Part shown: positions 15,128 through 29,770 of the stretch, in pieces | Layout of the letters: each line of letters starts with the position of its first letter | Numbering within the stretch: the first letter of the stretch is position 1 | Assembly (NCBI GenBank): GCA_951406725.2 | Contig: OX597818.1 | Location: 132,184,001-132,248,000 of the forward strand | DNA length: 64,000 nt | Direction of reading: 5' to 3' | Source: Octopus vulgaris | Lineage: Eukaryota | Notes under the pieces: model-generated | Told to the model about the DNA's origin: nothing | Seen by the model: the letters and a program-made list of their open reading frames with translations, nothing else | Database searches by the model: none | Position numbers and translations under genes: made by a program

Positions 15128-18021
15128 CATACACACACATACACAAATATGTGTATATGCATGCCTAGACATGCACATACATATTCATATGTATATAATA
15201 TTAATATCATCTAGTAGTTGTTTAAATTCTCTAAATTACAAGTCTATCTTATTTCTATTCATTCTAAAAACAATTTGTCTCAGTGCTTCATGTTTCTGAA
15301 TGTCCAAATCTTCATCTATTTTAGTCAGTGAATTATACATAATATATGTTTATTTTTATTTTGTCCATTTGGAATATATCTATCTCAAATTTAATTACAA
15401 TTTTTCTGTTGAAATTAATCAAAAGATATGGATATAAAACTTACAATAAAAAAGAAATACATATTCATGGCCAATTTATTCATTGTAATACACTGTATAC
15501 AAATGAAAATGAAATAAAACACCGGAGAGCTAATGAGATGTAACAAAAGAGAAGGTGAGAGTGATTAAGGGAACTTACCTTTAGTGCTAACCAAACTAAT
15601 ACTGTTTTCACTTATGCATCAATACTAGATCTATACATTACAAAAACCTGAATAAGTTCAATAAGTTTACTGGTTTTTGAAAATTTTGAGCTTCCCCTAC
15701 TTAATATTTCTTTCATTTGAAGGGCAAATAAGTCTGCTGATAATATTATTTTTATTTCTTTTTGTTTGTTTTTACCTTTTCTATTCAATAAGGTTTTTTA
15801 TTTTGTTTTCTCTTCTCTTTTTCTTTTCTTTGTGGATTCTTTGAGGAATCGTTTTGAGGCATCTTTCACTCATGACATTAAATTTAAAATCATATACTCT
15901 TCCTGCTGATCATCCATTTATTTAACTGTGTCACTTACATTTACCTGTCAGTTTATTTTACTAATGTTTTCAACTCTTCATAAAAGACAATAAGTTAATT
16001 TCTGCTGATGTTTTTCAATTCTTCATGAAAGACAATAAGTTAATTTCTGCTGATGTTCTGAAAATTGTATACTTGCATTTCCAGTTAATGCAATGATGTA
16101 CTTTCTACTGCTGTCTGTATAACACTTTACAATTGAAATTTTAAATCCCTCAATTTAGATTTCAAATAGTTTCTTGATTTCTCTATTCTTTTTTGTTTTT
16201 GCAATCAGTTGGTACTTTTTCTTCTTTTTTATACACTGTTTTTCTCTCTCATGTTTCTTTTTCTTCATTTTTATTTATTATTCAAAGTAAATCATACCCT
16301 ATATTTGTGTATCTTTGTATGTGTACATTTGTTTTGTTTAGTACACGATAGCTAGAATATTAGTGGACTGCTTGCATATTCTTTGGAACAATATCTTTTA
16401 AAAGTTATTTTTAATATACTGCTGCTTGCTAGATTAAATTATGTAATTAATTGATGGAGCTGTTGTTGAGTTACTTGAAGTAAAGTACTAATTAATTTAT
16501 GTGACTGATACATCTTTGTTGAGTTGCTTTCTGAAATATTTAGCAAATAATATATATATGTATATATACGTGGATTTACGGGAATATCCTGGCCCTTTAT
16601 ACAACTAACATCATCAGTTTTTAGATGGATGTTTACTATATTGATTACACTTTCTCCTGTCTTTTTAAATTTCCCTCTCTCATTTTTTTTTCACTGCTGA
16701 TTGTCTTTTTTACTGCTGAATAGCTCAAAGCAACATTTACTATCTGCTTTATTTGTGCCCTCTAAAACAACTTTCTTATTTCTTGGGATTCTAAGATTAG
16801 TCTTTTAATTACTGCTGATTTAAAAAGGATCTTAATGGGGAAGTAGGCAGGCTGGTCATTCTTGTTCTTTATCGTTTCTATTATAGTTATATTTTTTCTT
16901 AATGGATGATTTTCCTTCATGGTATTGAAGTTAATGTATCGTCACATAATTTTCATGACATAAGGAATATTGACATATTTCCTATTTATAGAGTGTTCTA
17001 GTCATTTATTTCATACACTCTCTTACATTAATATATATTACTATTGGATAATTGTTTCTGTGAAGAAACTACGAAATCATCAGATCTTAATGAATTTATG
17101 CCATCACTGAACTAGAAATCATTTTGTTGTAAACAAGTTTACTAACTATTTTCACATACAATGGCTGAATGGATAAAGAACAACTTGTGCCTCCCAAGTT
17201 GAGATCCTTTTCCCTCTAGCAGGTGTTATCCTTTTGCAATGCTTTTTACTTAATTTTCCCCAAGGCAAAAGAGGAAAAACAAAATGAAAGAGTGTTTAAG
17301 ATTTGCTGCAAATATTACTTTTGCAAATGTTTTACAACATTATGTTGTGTTTTTCTTCATATCTTCATTGTAATTTTAGTGTCAGTTGCTTAACTTTTCT
17401 CGCTAAGAGCTAATTGACAATGGATGGATGATTATTAGGAGCAGGAACATTCATGCTATAGGAAGGAGAACATTGAGTTTGTTTCTCAGTGCTTTTTCTT
17501 TGTGTCCATATTGAAAATTTAGTCCAGAACTGTGGGCTAACGAAGCACTATTTATATAGTGTAACTGATGCTGATAGTGATCACCTGTAACTACCTATTA
17601 ACAGTTAGAGGACTAAACCATCACTAGAAAAGGCTTTTTATCAAGGACACACTGTTGTGCTGCTGACAGGATAGAAACTGCTGATCCTTTTGGCCAATAG
17701 ATAAAGGTTGGCTTCCCATTAATTCAAACAACCCATTTTTATATCAAAATATTTAATTACTTAATTTTGTTAGTTAAAAAAAGATATACTAACTTTCATA
17801 CATATTTCTCTGTAAAATAAGAAAGCGAAAAATATTTTCTTTCCAAAAGTTTTTTTTTTAAATTTCCGAGTATTCTCATTCTCTTTTTGAAAAAAAATTT
17901 CATCTACAAATTATTTCTTTCATCTGTTGACAATATTCATTATATATATCTCTCTCCGTTCTCTCTCTAGCTCTCTCTTTCTCACCATCTTAATTTTCTA
18001 CATCAAAGAATTCAAGTTTCA

Positions 18022-18062
<41 letters not shown>

Positions 18063-18220
18063 ATAATATACATACATACATACAAACATATATATATATA
18101 TACATATATATACATATATATATATATATACTTGTATCTTTTTAACTATGCCCACCTTTATATCCTTTTACAAAAGTAAAAACCAAAAAATAAAGGTATA
18201 AAGAAATAGAAACATTTAAA
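12481..18220 (+). other. Putative long 3' UTR of the zinc-finger gene
   Basis: T-rich, TE-free sequence after the stop codon. Candidate AATAAA at 18189-18194; earlier AATAAA sites such as ~15513 are also possible. The end point is inferred only. Confidence 0.4.
15964..16052. repeat. ~44-bp tandem duplication
   Basis: ATGTTTT(T)CAA.TCTTCAT.AAAGACAATAAGTTAATTTCTGCTG occurs twice. Confidence 0.9.
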
Positions 18221-19051
18221 CATAATTTAATCTATTTCTATATCTGTTCATTAATTTTCAACTTTACTGAATATTCTCCCCGGTGGCTGAGTAAAATCTT
18301 AGCAAGAAACAAAGCACTGATGTATGAATGTACTACAAATTTACTCTAATCTTGATTTATTTTTCACATTCTCTCTTCACCAGAGTCTACTAAAAGTAGT
18401 CAAAAATATACATATATACTTACAGAATGATTTCAAAAAGGTTACACTTGCTAGCAAATTTCTCATGATAATAATTACTAATATACTAATAATATCAATT
18501 GTAAATAATGCAATGATACAATTCTAACAATGATTAATATTTAACATTAGCCATACTAAAAAGGAAAACAGAAAACTAATTGAAAATAGAAAAGAAATAC
18601 AATAACTTATATTGCAATTTTCTTGAGCAGTAACAACTTAGTTGACTGGCATTAAACATAGTTTGATAGCATTTTAAAAGAAAATAAACACAGAAATACA
18701 CATAGGTGTACTTAGATATGTAAAAAAAAAAAAACAGCAACAAAAAGAAAGTGATTTTTTTTTTTAAGAAAATCACCTCCTTTGTATGTTTATTTTAAAC
18801 ATTCTTATTGGCAGTTTTGCTTTTTCTTTATTTTATTTTATTTTTCTTATGAATGGCGATGAGGTCTTAACAAAAAGTAGAAAACAACACTCTTCAGACT
18901 AAAAGGAAATTAACGAAAAAATAACTGTAACTCATACATTCCGATTTTAATCATATCTGATTTTCATTATTATTATTAATATTATTATTATTATTACTAC
19001 TACTACTACTACTACTATTATTATTATGGCTTTGTGCCTATGTAAGAAACC

Positions 19052-19104
<53 letters not shown>

Positions 19105-19579
19105 TTTTTAACTGGCAGCAAATTTTGTATGTAGTTAATGGCAAAAGAAAAAATTTAAAAAGAAAAATGTGTTTTGTGTATTTTGTAATACTTGTTCCAT
19201 GAAGCTGGAATGCAGATCTAAGGATGATGGTCTTTGGCAGCGGGAGAAATTACATGAAAGAAAGAAAGAAAACTTATATATGTAAAGAAAAGCTGACACT
19301 TGTATGTAGTTTGCCCACTACACTTAACCCTTCCCCCTCCACCGCCACCTTCCCAAACCAGCATCAAACCACCTGTCTCCCCCTTCACCTCATTACAGTA
19401 TTTATTAGATGTTTATAACTGCATGATTAAATGTATTCTTTGATTATATTGCTGGTAAAAGATGAAAACATGTCGACCAAGGAATGACCAAGACTATGCT
19501 GTCTGACAGAAGTTGCTCAGCTGTCAAACAGCTTAGTCACCTCTTTTCTTTTCTTTTTTTTTTTTCATATATATATAAT

Positions 19580-19622
19580 TCATGTCCTGTCCTCCTCCTT
19601 CGCGAATATTGAACAAACAAGA
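19580..19622 (-). CDS. Candidate terminal coding exon of a convergent minus-strand gene (phase 2 reading LVCSIFAKEEDRT*)
   Basis: Strong minus-strand acceptor ttctttctcgtaccttttcAG. A GC-richer stretch ends exactly at TGA before (TA)n/A-rich sequence. Minus-strand AATAAA at 18356-18361 has a GU-rich element downstream. Other phases are also open, so the frame is uncertain. Confidence 0.45.
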
Positions 19623-19762
19623 CTGAAAAGGTACGAGAAAGAAACAAAGCCTAAAGATTGTAAAGAATAATACTTGAAAATAAAGTGAAAAATATAATTC
19701 ACAAGATATTTGGTTCTCTGATGAAGATAGAAAAATGTAATATAGAAGATATATATACATAC

Positions 19763-19768
19763 GGTCCT
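19763..19768 (-). CDS. Candidate 6-nt microexon (AGGACC)
   Basis: Minus strand reads ttaac-tctctcactctttttccttcacAG|AGGACC|GTatgt: branch point, long polypyrimidine tract, acceptor and consensus donor. A 140-nt intron separates it from the 19622 acceptor. Confidence 0.55.
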
Positions 19769-20951
19769 CTGTGAAGGAAAAAGAGTGAGAGAGTTAACTA
19801 ATTAAAATTAACTATGGTCTCTGGTTTTAAAAATAAAATTATATATATAAATAGAAAAAAATATATATATAAGCTTTTCCACGATCATTTTACTCACCAT
19901 TTTTTTATAAAATTTAGTGGGAAGAAAAATTTTTTAAAATTAAACAATTCTTGATGGTATTTCTGTGGCATTTAAAAGGAAACACAGAAACAAATATATA
20001 TAAATTTAAAATTGAAAAAAAAAAAAAAACACAAATCGAATTTCAAGGGAGACAACTTGAAATTATGTCCAAATTATTCATTTCGATTATCCATTGATGG
20101 TTGTTTGACAGGGTCTGGGGTTTCAAAGTTTTAATAATCAAGCAGTCATTCATTCATTCATTCATATCTTCATTCATTTATTTATTTTCAACATATTTTC
20201 CAATTAGATGAGGAATGAAGTAATTTCTTAGCACAGTTAATGATATCAAGGCTTCCTTATTGTTTTGTTTTATTACTTAAATAAAAAAGTGTTACATTGT
20301 ATTTCATATGAGAAATGCAATGGTTTTTTTCTTTCTTTTATACACAAACACACACACCACACACGACCGCATACACACACACACACACACACACGAACAC
20401 GTACATATATGGATGGATGGATGTTTTTATATAACTGGGTTGTGAAAATATAATCTATCTGGAAATTTTCTGTTGTCAATGCCAACATATTTAGCTATTA
20501 TCACAATTGTTATAAAGTTACATAAATCTATGTGCATTCTTTTATGTGTACATGTGTGTGTCTACAAGTATATATTAGATTGTCTTCCGAATAATATTGT
20601 TGAATAAAGAAAAAAGAATGAAAAAAAAAATTGCGTAATAAAACAATTTGTTGTTGTACACGTTATATGACCAAAAATATTAGGAATCTTCAGGCCATTG
20701 CACATTAAGAAAGAAACATAGAAACTGAGTGTAAAACAATTTACATTATCATACTAACATACTATGAACATGTGTATAAACTCATAAGTTGAATAAATAT
20801 AGTCCTGTATACGATAATGCATATATGAGCATATGACAAAGATAACAATCCCCGTGTATACGAATACGAATATAGTTATTTATATAGATACCTAAATAGA
20901 AATTCACATAAATTCAGTAATTACCCATATTATTATTGTTGTTATTATTAT

Positions 20952-21185
20952 TCATATACACACAACAGATTAGACTGTTGGAAAAGAAAAGTTCATAACA
21001 TCGGGCTACAACAAGTAACGCTAGATGTCAAGAACCCTCCTAAATATCCTAGCTGTCCCTAATAACACTGTTTCCTGGAGCTGTACTAAACCGGGTTTTA
21101 TACCTGTTTCCTCTATCCATCTGTTCAAATCTTTAGGGATAGTTCCTAATGTACCTATAACTACTGGGATACATTTTACTACACT
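20952..21185 (-). mobile_element. 3' end of an R4/Dong-clade (restriction-like endonuclease) LINE
   Basis: Minus translation VKCIPVVIGTLGTIPKDLNRWIEETGIKPGLVQLQETVLLGTARIFRRVLDI* is the typical R4/Dong C-terminus. It is flanked by (TAA)n repeats, the known Dong target. Confidence 0.8.
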
Positions 21186-21191
21186 TTCCAT

Positions 21192-21241
<50 letters not shown>

Positions 21242-21806
21242 GGCAAAATTGTTAGAATACCAGATGAGATATCTTAAAGTATTTATTCTGTCACTCTCCA
21301 TACAATGTTCAATTACCACCAGGGCTTACCACGGTTGATAAGGCAAGTACCAGTCATGTACTGGGTGAGTTCAATGAACTGTAATCTATTACATATCATG
21401 GCAATGACTCAATGTAAAAAATAGTTACAACAGTTACACAACAACAACAATAATAATTACTGAGCTCGGATTTTATGGAACAGGTTTTTGAAAGGAAAAC
21501 ACTACATATAAAACATTCCAACCCGAAAGAAAAAAGAGAACAAGCAATAGAACCCTTTTGTGGGATCATGCTCGTATCTTCTGGTTCTAGTTGAATGCAC
21601 TTACTGCCAAAATGGTCAGATACCAGTAGATTAAATGCAGTCAACCATAATTTGATGGATATGAGTTCCAACTGATTATTTTTTGTTTGTTAGTTTTTTT
21701 CTCTCTTCTTTTTGAGATTAGACTTTCATGTATAGTGTGTTTTATGCATATAATATATAGGCTTACACCTACCCTCCATACATACACACACACATGCATA
21801 TATATA

Positions 21807-21870
<64 letters not shown>

Positions 21871-21996
21871 CGTGTACTTACATGCATATTTATGTGTACT
21901 GAAAGATTTAGCCTTAGCTTCAAAGGAAAAGCTAACAGCCTATTATGCATGCATGTATGTGTGTGTATGCATATACATATATATACATATATATAT

Positions 21997-22063
<67 letters not shown>

Positions 22064-22734
22064 TGTATACACACACACATATATACACACATACAAACAT
22101 ATATACACACACATACATACACACACACACACACACATATATACATGCAGATGCACATACTCAGATACATACATGTATATAAACTCATATTCGTACCTAG
22201 GTGCATATACATAGATATACACTTACTATATATATTCTTATGGTTATTCAGTCAGTTATTAGTAAAATTTTAATCAAAAGGTGTGCTACACTTTGATAAA
22301 ATGCTCAAAACGAATGGTAACTAGCAATCTCTTAATGTGTCTGTCTTTAATGCATATGAGTCGGTGTGTGTGTATGTTTGCAAATGAAAGAAAAGAGCAC
22401 ACAAACATGGTGTGGAGTTTATATTTATTGGAAAACTGTTGGTGATTCCTGCTGTTGAATCACTAACTGGTCCCAATATATGTATCTATATGTTGGGACC
22501 ATATATTTCGTAAACACATACATATATACCTAAGTATAAGGCCCACATTTCTCAATTCTCTTGGTGATTCTGATAATTTTTTTAATATTTTACTTTTCTA
22601 AAATGTGATTTATTTTGCCAATTCTTTCTTCCTTCTTTAACATGAATTTATGCACCACTGCCGAAAATTCCCCCAAAATTTGTTTAAAAAAATGATTTCA
22701 AAATGAAATATATATACACACACACATGTAAATA

Positions 22735-22779
<45 letters not shown>

Positions 22780-22873
22780 GTACGTATACAACATGTATGT
22801 GAGGGTGAACTTATATGTATATGTGTGTGTGCATGAGTATGTGCGTATAGATATACATGTGCATTTATTCATA

Positions 22874-22909
<36 letters not shown>

Positions 22910-22937
22910 TGTGAGAATATATATACATGTGTGTTTG

Positions 22938-23015
<78 letters not shown>

Positions 23016-23504
23016 CATTTATATATATATGTGCACTTGTTTCCTTGGTGCTTTTCACACTGTTAGCTGTAGATGCCTGCACAGCATTACCTGCTTCAGT
23101 TGTTTGCTGCTGCAGTCAGACACCATGGTTCTAATATACTATTTGCTGTCTAGTGTGCCTTTAGGATCTATCAGAAGTTTCTAATAATCCATGTCCATAG
23201 TTGATAATTCTCCCCTTGGGCAGCAGCATCTATTCCCATCTACCAGCCTCCTTCATCCTACCTTTTGGTCGGCCGGACCCTCTCCATCATCTGTTTCACA
23301 CATACATGTACATGAGCACACGCACACACACACACACACTCATACACACACACAACACACACACTCATAAAACCACCTCCACATTTCCGGCCACAAGTGC
23401 TCTGACTGACTGTAGTATTGCAAATAGCTCATTCTAAATTGTTGTGCTCTTTACCATATGTATGTGTGTATGTATGTATGTATGTATGTATGTATGTATG
23501 TATG

Positions 23505-23541
<37 letters not shown>

Positions 23542-23700
23542 GTATATATGTATATATGCATGTATATATATATGTATGTGTGTATGTATATATATATATG
23601 TATGTGTGAAGGTGTGTGTATATGTAAAGTTATGTGTGTGTGTACTTATATATATATATGCACACACATACATATATTTACTTGTATGTATCTGTGTGTG

Positions 23701-23743
<43 letters not shown>

Positions 23744-24820
23744 CGTGTGTGTATATATTTCATAAAATATATAAAGATATGTAGGATAGATAGATAGATA
23801 GATAGATAGGTACATAGATCTTTGTGCATCATAATCCAAAAAAACATTTAAGTAACATGTCTAGAAAATTTTTACCTTCTAAAGAATTTTTTTTGTTTTC
23901 TTCCATATTTTTTTATTTCCTTTTCTGTATTTTGTTATTTTAGCTCCATTTTGCATTTTTGTTTAAAATCATCTTTATGTCATGTTTAACTCAAATTATT
24001 TTAGTCCCCACCCCAACATCTATTTATATATACATAAGTTAATTTCACTGAAAAATGTATACGTATCGGTCCATGAAGGAGTTGGTGAGAAGATGATAGC
24101 ATTTTTTAAAAAAAACTATTTCTTTTACAAGCTTTTCTCCATGCCTCCACCCACTCTATCTCCATTTTCTTTGTTTTGGTTGGTTTGCACCTACTTCTTT
24201 TTTTTAAATATTTCTATTTAAAATTTATAGAGAAGTGCATATATATTCATGTTTGTTTGGTATGTAATTAAAAGACAATCACTCTAGTGAACCATTGTTC
24301 TACTTTTCATATTTTGTTTCATTTCCTCTAGACATTTTACATGTATTAGTAGAGCCTTTTTATGGTTGCTTTATTTTTATGATGTTTTTTTCTTTATACA
24401 TATATATCTATATATATCTATCTATATATATATATATATATATATATAAATGCATTTTTTTGTTCAGTTGCTGAGTTTTTAAATATTAATTTAATGGCAA
24501 AATCAGTTAATATGGTACTTCTTGCTGCTGTCTAATTTTGATAATAGATTTTAATCTCTATATTTAAGTTATTTATTAATAGATGGATTGTTTTAAAATT
24601 CAGAATTCTCCATTATCAAGACATGGTGTGTATTTTTACTAATTGCTCACTAACAGCATTAGCTTTCTTAGTTAATTCAATAGTCTTCCCCCACCCTTAA
24701 TTTCTTCCACATTGCATTTAGAGGTTCTGATATTGTTGAATTAAGTTTCTACCAAAGAGATTTTATTTTGTGCCAGTAGACCTGTCAAATATTATGAAGG
24801 AATTAAAATGAATTTTATTC

Positions 24821-24853
<33 letters not shown>

Positions 24854-25994
24854 TATATATATACAGAGTGAAAATTTTATGTGCTGATTTACCTAGATAC
24901 CTACAGTAAATTGGTTATGCAATACAGCTGAGGAATGACAGACTTTAAAGGACCAGTTAATAAATCTCCTGTAAATGTATACATACATGTTTTGGACATA
25001 ATGCATGTATGTATAAACACACGCATACACACACATATTTTATGTATGTGTATAGGGAATGAATATGATGTAGAATATTCAAACAAAGTAAAAGAGTATT
25101 GAATATTTATGGCAATATATATGTATATATTGATATTACCGAAATATATATTTTTTCACTATTATTATTCTGAATTTCTCATTAAAGAATGGGTTGAATG
25201 ACCTTTCATTTTTGGAAGAAACTCAGAGTAACAATAGTGAGAAAGTTTAATTTCCTATACAAAAATATACATCAAAGTATATATATATACATGTATATAT
25301 AAAGTGCATATATTCCTCCTACGCATTTAATGCGTGATGTTTCATCTAAGTATGGTATTTCAGTTAGAGGAATTTAGAGGCAAAGAAAAATTATTGCAAA
25401 CTATTCAGAACTATTTTTTCTTTTTTCCAAATTATTTTTATAAATAACCCTTACTTAAAATGAATATTTCTTTCAACCATCTTAAAAATTACACCAAGTT
25501 TTGAGTTATGGAGAAAAATTGTATTATCACTGTTACTTTCAGTGTTATTTAAGAAATACAAAACCAAGTAAGCATGTTGATCTATCATGTGGCTAACTAG
25601 CCTTGCTTTTTTTTTTCATTTACAATTCTCTGTAAATGAATTGAATTCAAAGTCAAGGACTTAGCAACTGTTATCTTTTAGTAGCTAGAATATTATCTGC
25701 TGATACTTTTAGCTACATTTTATTTATACACCAATATTATTATCATCTACATTTGCCTCAGTATACAGTGCTGTTTCAATGCATTATTTTGAATTTATTT
25801 CATCTCTTATGACTGTGTGATGCGCTTGAGTTATTTTACAGTGAAATATTGCCTGGTTGTGGTCTTGTCAATCTAGTTTGAAATGACAATGTGTTTATAC
25901 ATTACTGCTGACAATATTTTAAAAAGTTATATAAAAAAAAAAAAGACAAGTTATAAAGTAATCAAATAAATAAATGAATAAGAGTGGAAATGAA

Positions 25995-26054
<60 letters not shown>

Positions 26055-27573
26055 TCAAAAGAACTCTGTCTTATAATCACAGATCCTGTCATTTTCCAAA
26101 GAAAAAAAAAATTAAGAGAAAGATGCAAGAAATGAAAAAAAAAAAATTAATAAATCAAACTTTGAGGAAAATGTTTTTAACAAAGTTTACCCCTATTCCA
26201 ATAAAGTGACCAAAAGCTTTCAAAATGAAAGTAAAACAAAAAGAAAAATGAATGAAAATAGTAATTTAATCATAAAAGGAAGCAATGGTGAAAGAAATCT
26301 TAAACTTAAAGAGTGCAGTAATATTGTTAAAGCAAACTTTGACATGTTTTGTTGAAACAAGAACTTTCAGCATTCTGCAATTGATGGTCAATGAGCTGCA
26401 TTTTATATGCATTTTCATCAATACTTCTTAACAGAACAAATACAACAATATATCTATACATACATGCATACATACAAACATACAAACCAATAAAAGAGGA
26501 ATTTTCCTGTTTAAAAAAAAAAAAGACTTTGTTGAACCAGTCTTTGTGAATGAATAATCTTCAATCACAATGGTCACATATTTTTACATTTGAAATTCCC
26601 TGGGTATTATTAATTGTGAATTTCATCACTATTTCAGAAAGTGTATTTTTTTTCTGCTGTATATTGCAATTTTCCCACCAACCTCCAAACACCACCATTA
26701 TCACTACCAACAAACCCACCCACCCACCCCCATCCCACATCTGCAGACAACAAGATTGACAACATATTTCAAGCATAGCTTGATACTCTTCTAGTGAGTA
26801 AAATTTGTTGAATGTTTTACAATTTTGGTAGTTCTAGTTGTAGCTCTTGGCTGGTAGTGTTTTAGTGAGTGAAAGAAAAACTTGATCACCACAATATATA
26901 ATATTTATTATTATTATTATTACTATTATTTTTTACTCTTTTATGTTTGTCTGAATTTGTGATGTGTATGCTGATATTGTCACTGGTTATTTTTATTTAT
27001 TTTTTTAGCTAGTGTTCATTATTAAACCACCCATCCACCCACCCTTGATATACTCTTCTCTCCAACACTACTACCACCATCAGTCATCACCACCTAGGCA
27101 AACATACACGCATAAAACTAAACCTTGCCCTTCAATTTACATAGCATATAATTTAAGTAAAAAGATAAACATATATAATTATTTCATACCATTGCACATC
27201 CCACCTATCCCAACCACCCAAAATTTTTGAGATAAAAAGATGTCCCCCTTCAATCTCTATCCCACCAAGACAATAAAACCAAAGAAATTTGTTCAGTTTA
27301 AAATTTTTTAATCTCCTTTTTTTTTATAAAGTGACTGTTGAATGCGAGAACTGTCTTCCTACCCTAAGTCTTTGGATTGTAAAATGTATTTAGAATATTT
27401 TTTCCTGACTTATGCAAAAAGAAAAAAAAAACACACTAGTAAACATGATTAAACTTCTTTCTTTTCCTTCCATCCCTCCTATATTTGTTTCTAGGTAAAA
27501 ACACGAAAAAAACAACACTAATTGAAAAAAATTATGTAAATATATCTGTTTATAACTGTTAGGTTTCTTTCTT

Positions 27574-27616
<43 letters not shown>

Positions 27617-28095
27617 TATATACATACATACACATACATATGTGTGTGTGTGTGTATATATATATATACACATATATTTCTCTCTTTGTTTAGGAGACAG
27701 TTTGTTTTTGGCAGTTATTGTCTACTGTACAGTTAAAAATCTTAACATTATTTTTTAGCAACAAATAAAGAAAAATACCAATGTTTTAGGAGTCAACATT
27801 GCTGTTATACCTGTGTGTCTGTGTATGTGTGAGCGTGTGTGTACATATATATTTATTTATTTATATATGTGTATATATGTATGTATAAATGGTCATGGTC
27901 TGTATTTATTATTATATATGATTCTGACCGCCCCCCCTCTCCAGTTATAGTGGTAACACCGCACGGCATAAAAGGGAGCGCTTTAAGAGGTCTTTTGTGA
28001 ACGACTGTTCTATTATTACCATTACATTTTTTTATACATATACATATATTTCTGAATATTTGAATAACTTGTGCTGCTGTGGCTACATGGTCATT

Positions 28096-28144
<49 letters not shown>

Positions 28145-29418
28145 GTATATGTATATATATATATAAAACAAAAAACTTATATATTTATATATATATGTTT
28201 TTTTGTTTTGTTTTATTTTTTCCAATATTTTAGTATATTTTTCCCTAACTATTTCTCAATGAAGATAATCAGAATCAAGCTAAAAGAGTGAGAAAAAAAT
28301 AGAACTGAGTGAAGGGAAGTATGTTATTGTGATGTAAGAAGAAGGAAAAATCTAATGTATCCGATAGGGCTCTGTAAGGAAGAAAACACATGAGCCCATG
28401 TTGGAAATGTTTGATTTTTCTTCTCTTTGCGACACGACAACTTATCTCAAATTTTAGTTTATATCCTGATATGAATACAAGTGAAATCATAGGAAATATT
28501 ACAGTGGATCAATTGCTAAAGACAAAGTTGATTTTCATTGTTTTTCTTCTCCCATGTTAATTATCATATAATAGCATCCTTACGGTATTGTCTCTGTCCT
28601 ATTCTGTTGGAGACATATTCATTGATTGGTGATAACTGATATAATTTCAATGTAGTATTGTGAGATGGTGATTGTAATTCTGTGTAGTGCTACTTTGTTT
28701 CAAATATTGACAGCCACAGCAGTTCAAGTTTTGTTTTTTTTTTTTGTTTGTTTTTTTGTCAGTATGTATTAATTGTATGTAAGGCCTTTTAGAAAAATCA
28801 TTGTGTCCTTGTGTGACTTGATGAAGGAAATTTTTCCCCTTAACCTAAGTATCCTAGGTTTTAGGGAAAATATATCAGTGATTGATTAACCTTGAAGAAA
28901 AATTACGTAAAAAAGAAAAGGTGAAAAATAAGAAGTGAAAATATTTTTTTTATGTAATTAATTATATATTGATGTGTATATTTGTGTGTATATATTTATA
29001 TATGTGTAATATGTGTGTATGCATGTGATATGTAATTTTATATATATAACCACATATACACACATGTAAACATATATAAATATATATAAGTAAGCTTACA
29101 AAATATATTGAAATATGTGTTATACATGCATATATACTTACATTTAATATTTATATATATATATACATATACATATGTACACATACATATATATATATTA
29201 TAAATATGTATATATGTGTTTATATATGTGTAAGTGTATGTGTGTATGAGTATATATGTATATATGAATGAATATATATATATAGGCATGTGTGTGTTTG
29301 TTTGTCTCAATATATATATATATATAAGTATATATATATATATATATATGTATGTGTGCGTGTGTGTGTGTATGTATATATACATATATATATATATATG
29401 TATGTATATGTATGTATG

Positions 29419-29450
<32 letters not shown>

Positions 29451-29460
29451 TACACACACA

Positions 29461-29770
29461 GAAGAGTGCGATTTCCATTTTGTCCACCTTTGAATAGTTT
29501 TGGCCAGAGAAGACGGATTGGCCAAATTGCTGCTAGTCCTACCGTAGTGCCTTTATCGTTAAGATAATCTTGAGTTCGTATCATGACAGGTCTGAAGGAG
29601 AGTTGTGCACTTGAGAAATACACCTAGACATGTTTCGAGCTCTGATCAGTTGTGATCAGTTGGTTGCAAATGACTGCCTTGTAAGGTAATTGACCTTTGG
29701 ATGAAGGAGAGCTCCTGGAGATAATCGTGCATGTTTCATTATTTGGATAGTAGTGAAAAGGAATGGCATT
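29461..29770 (-). mobile_element. Penelope-like element 3' remnant
   Basis: Minus strand reads PFHYYPN..RLS/QELSFIQR, similar to 350-430, followed by the hammerhead-like CTGATCA-GAGCTC-GAAACATGTC. Abuts a (TA)/(CA) tract. Confidence 0.4.

Noticed and set aside
23041-23290. Moderately GC-rich stretch between microsatellites
   Set aside because: No convincing splice pair, motif or repeat match.
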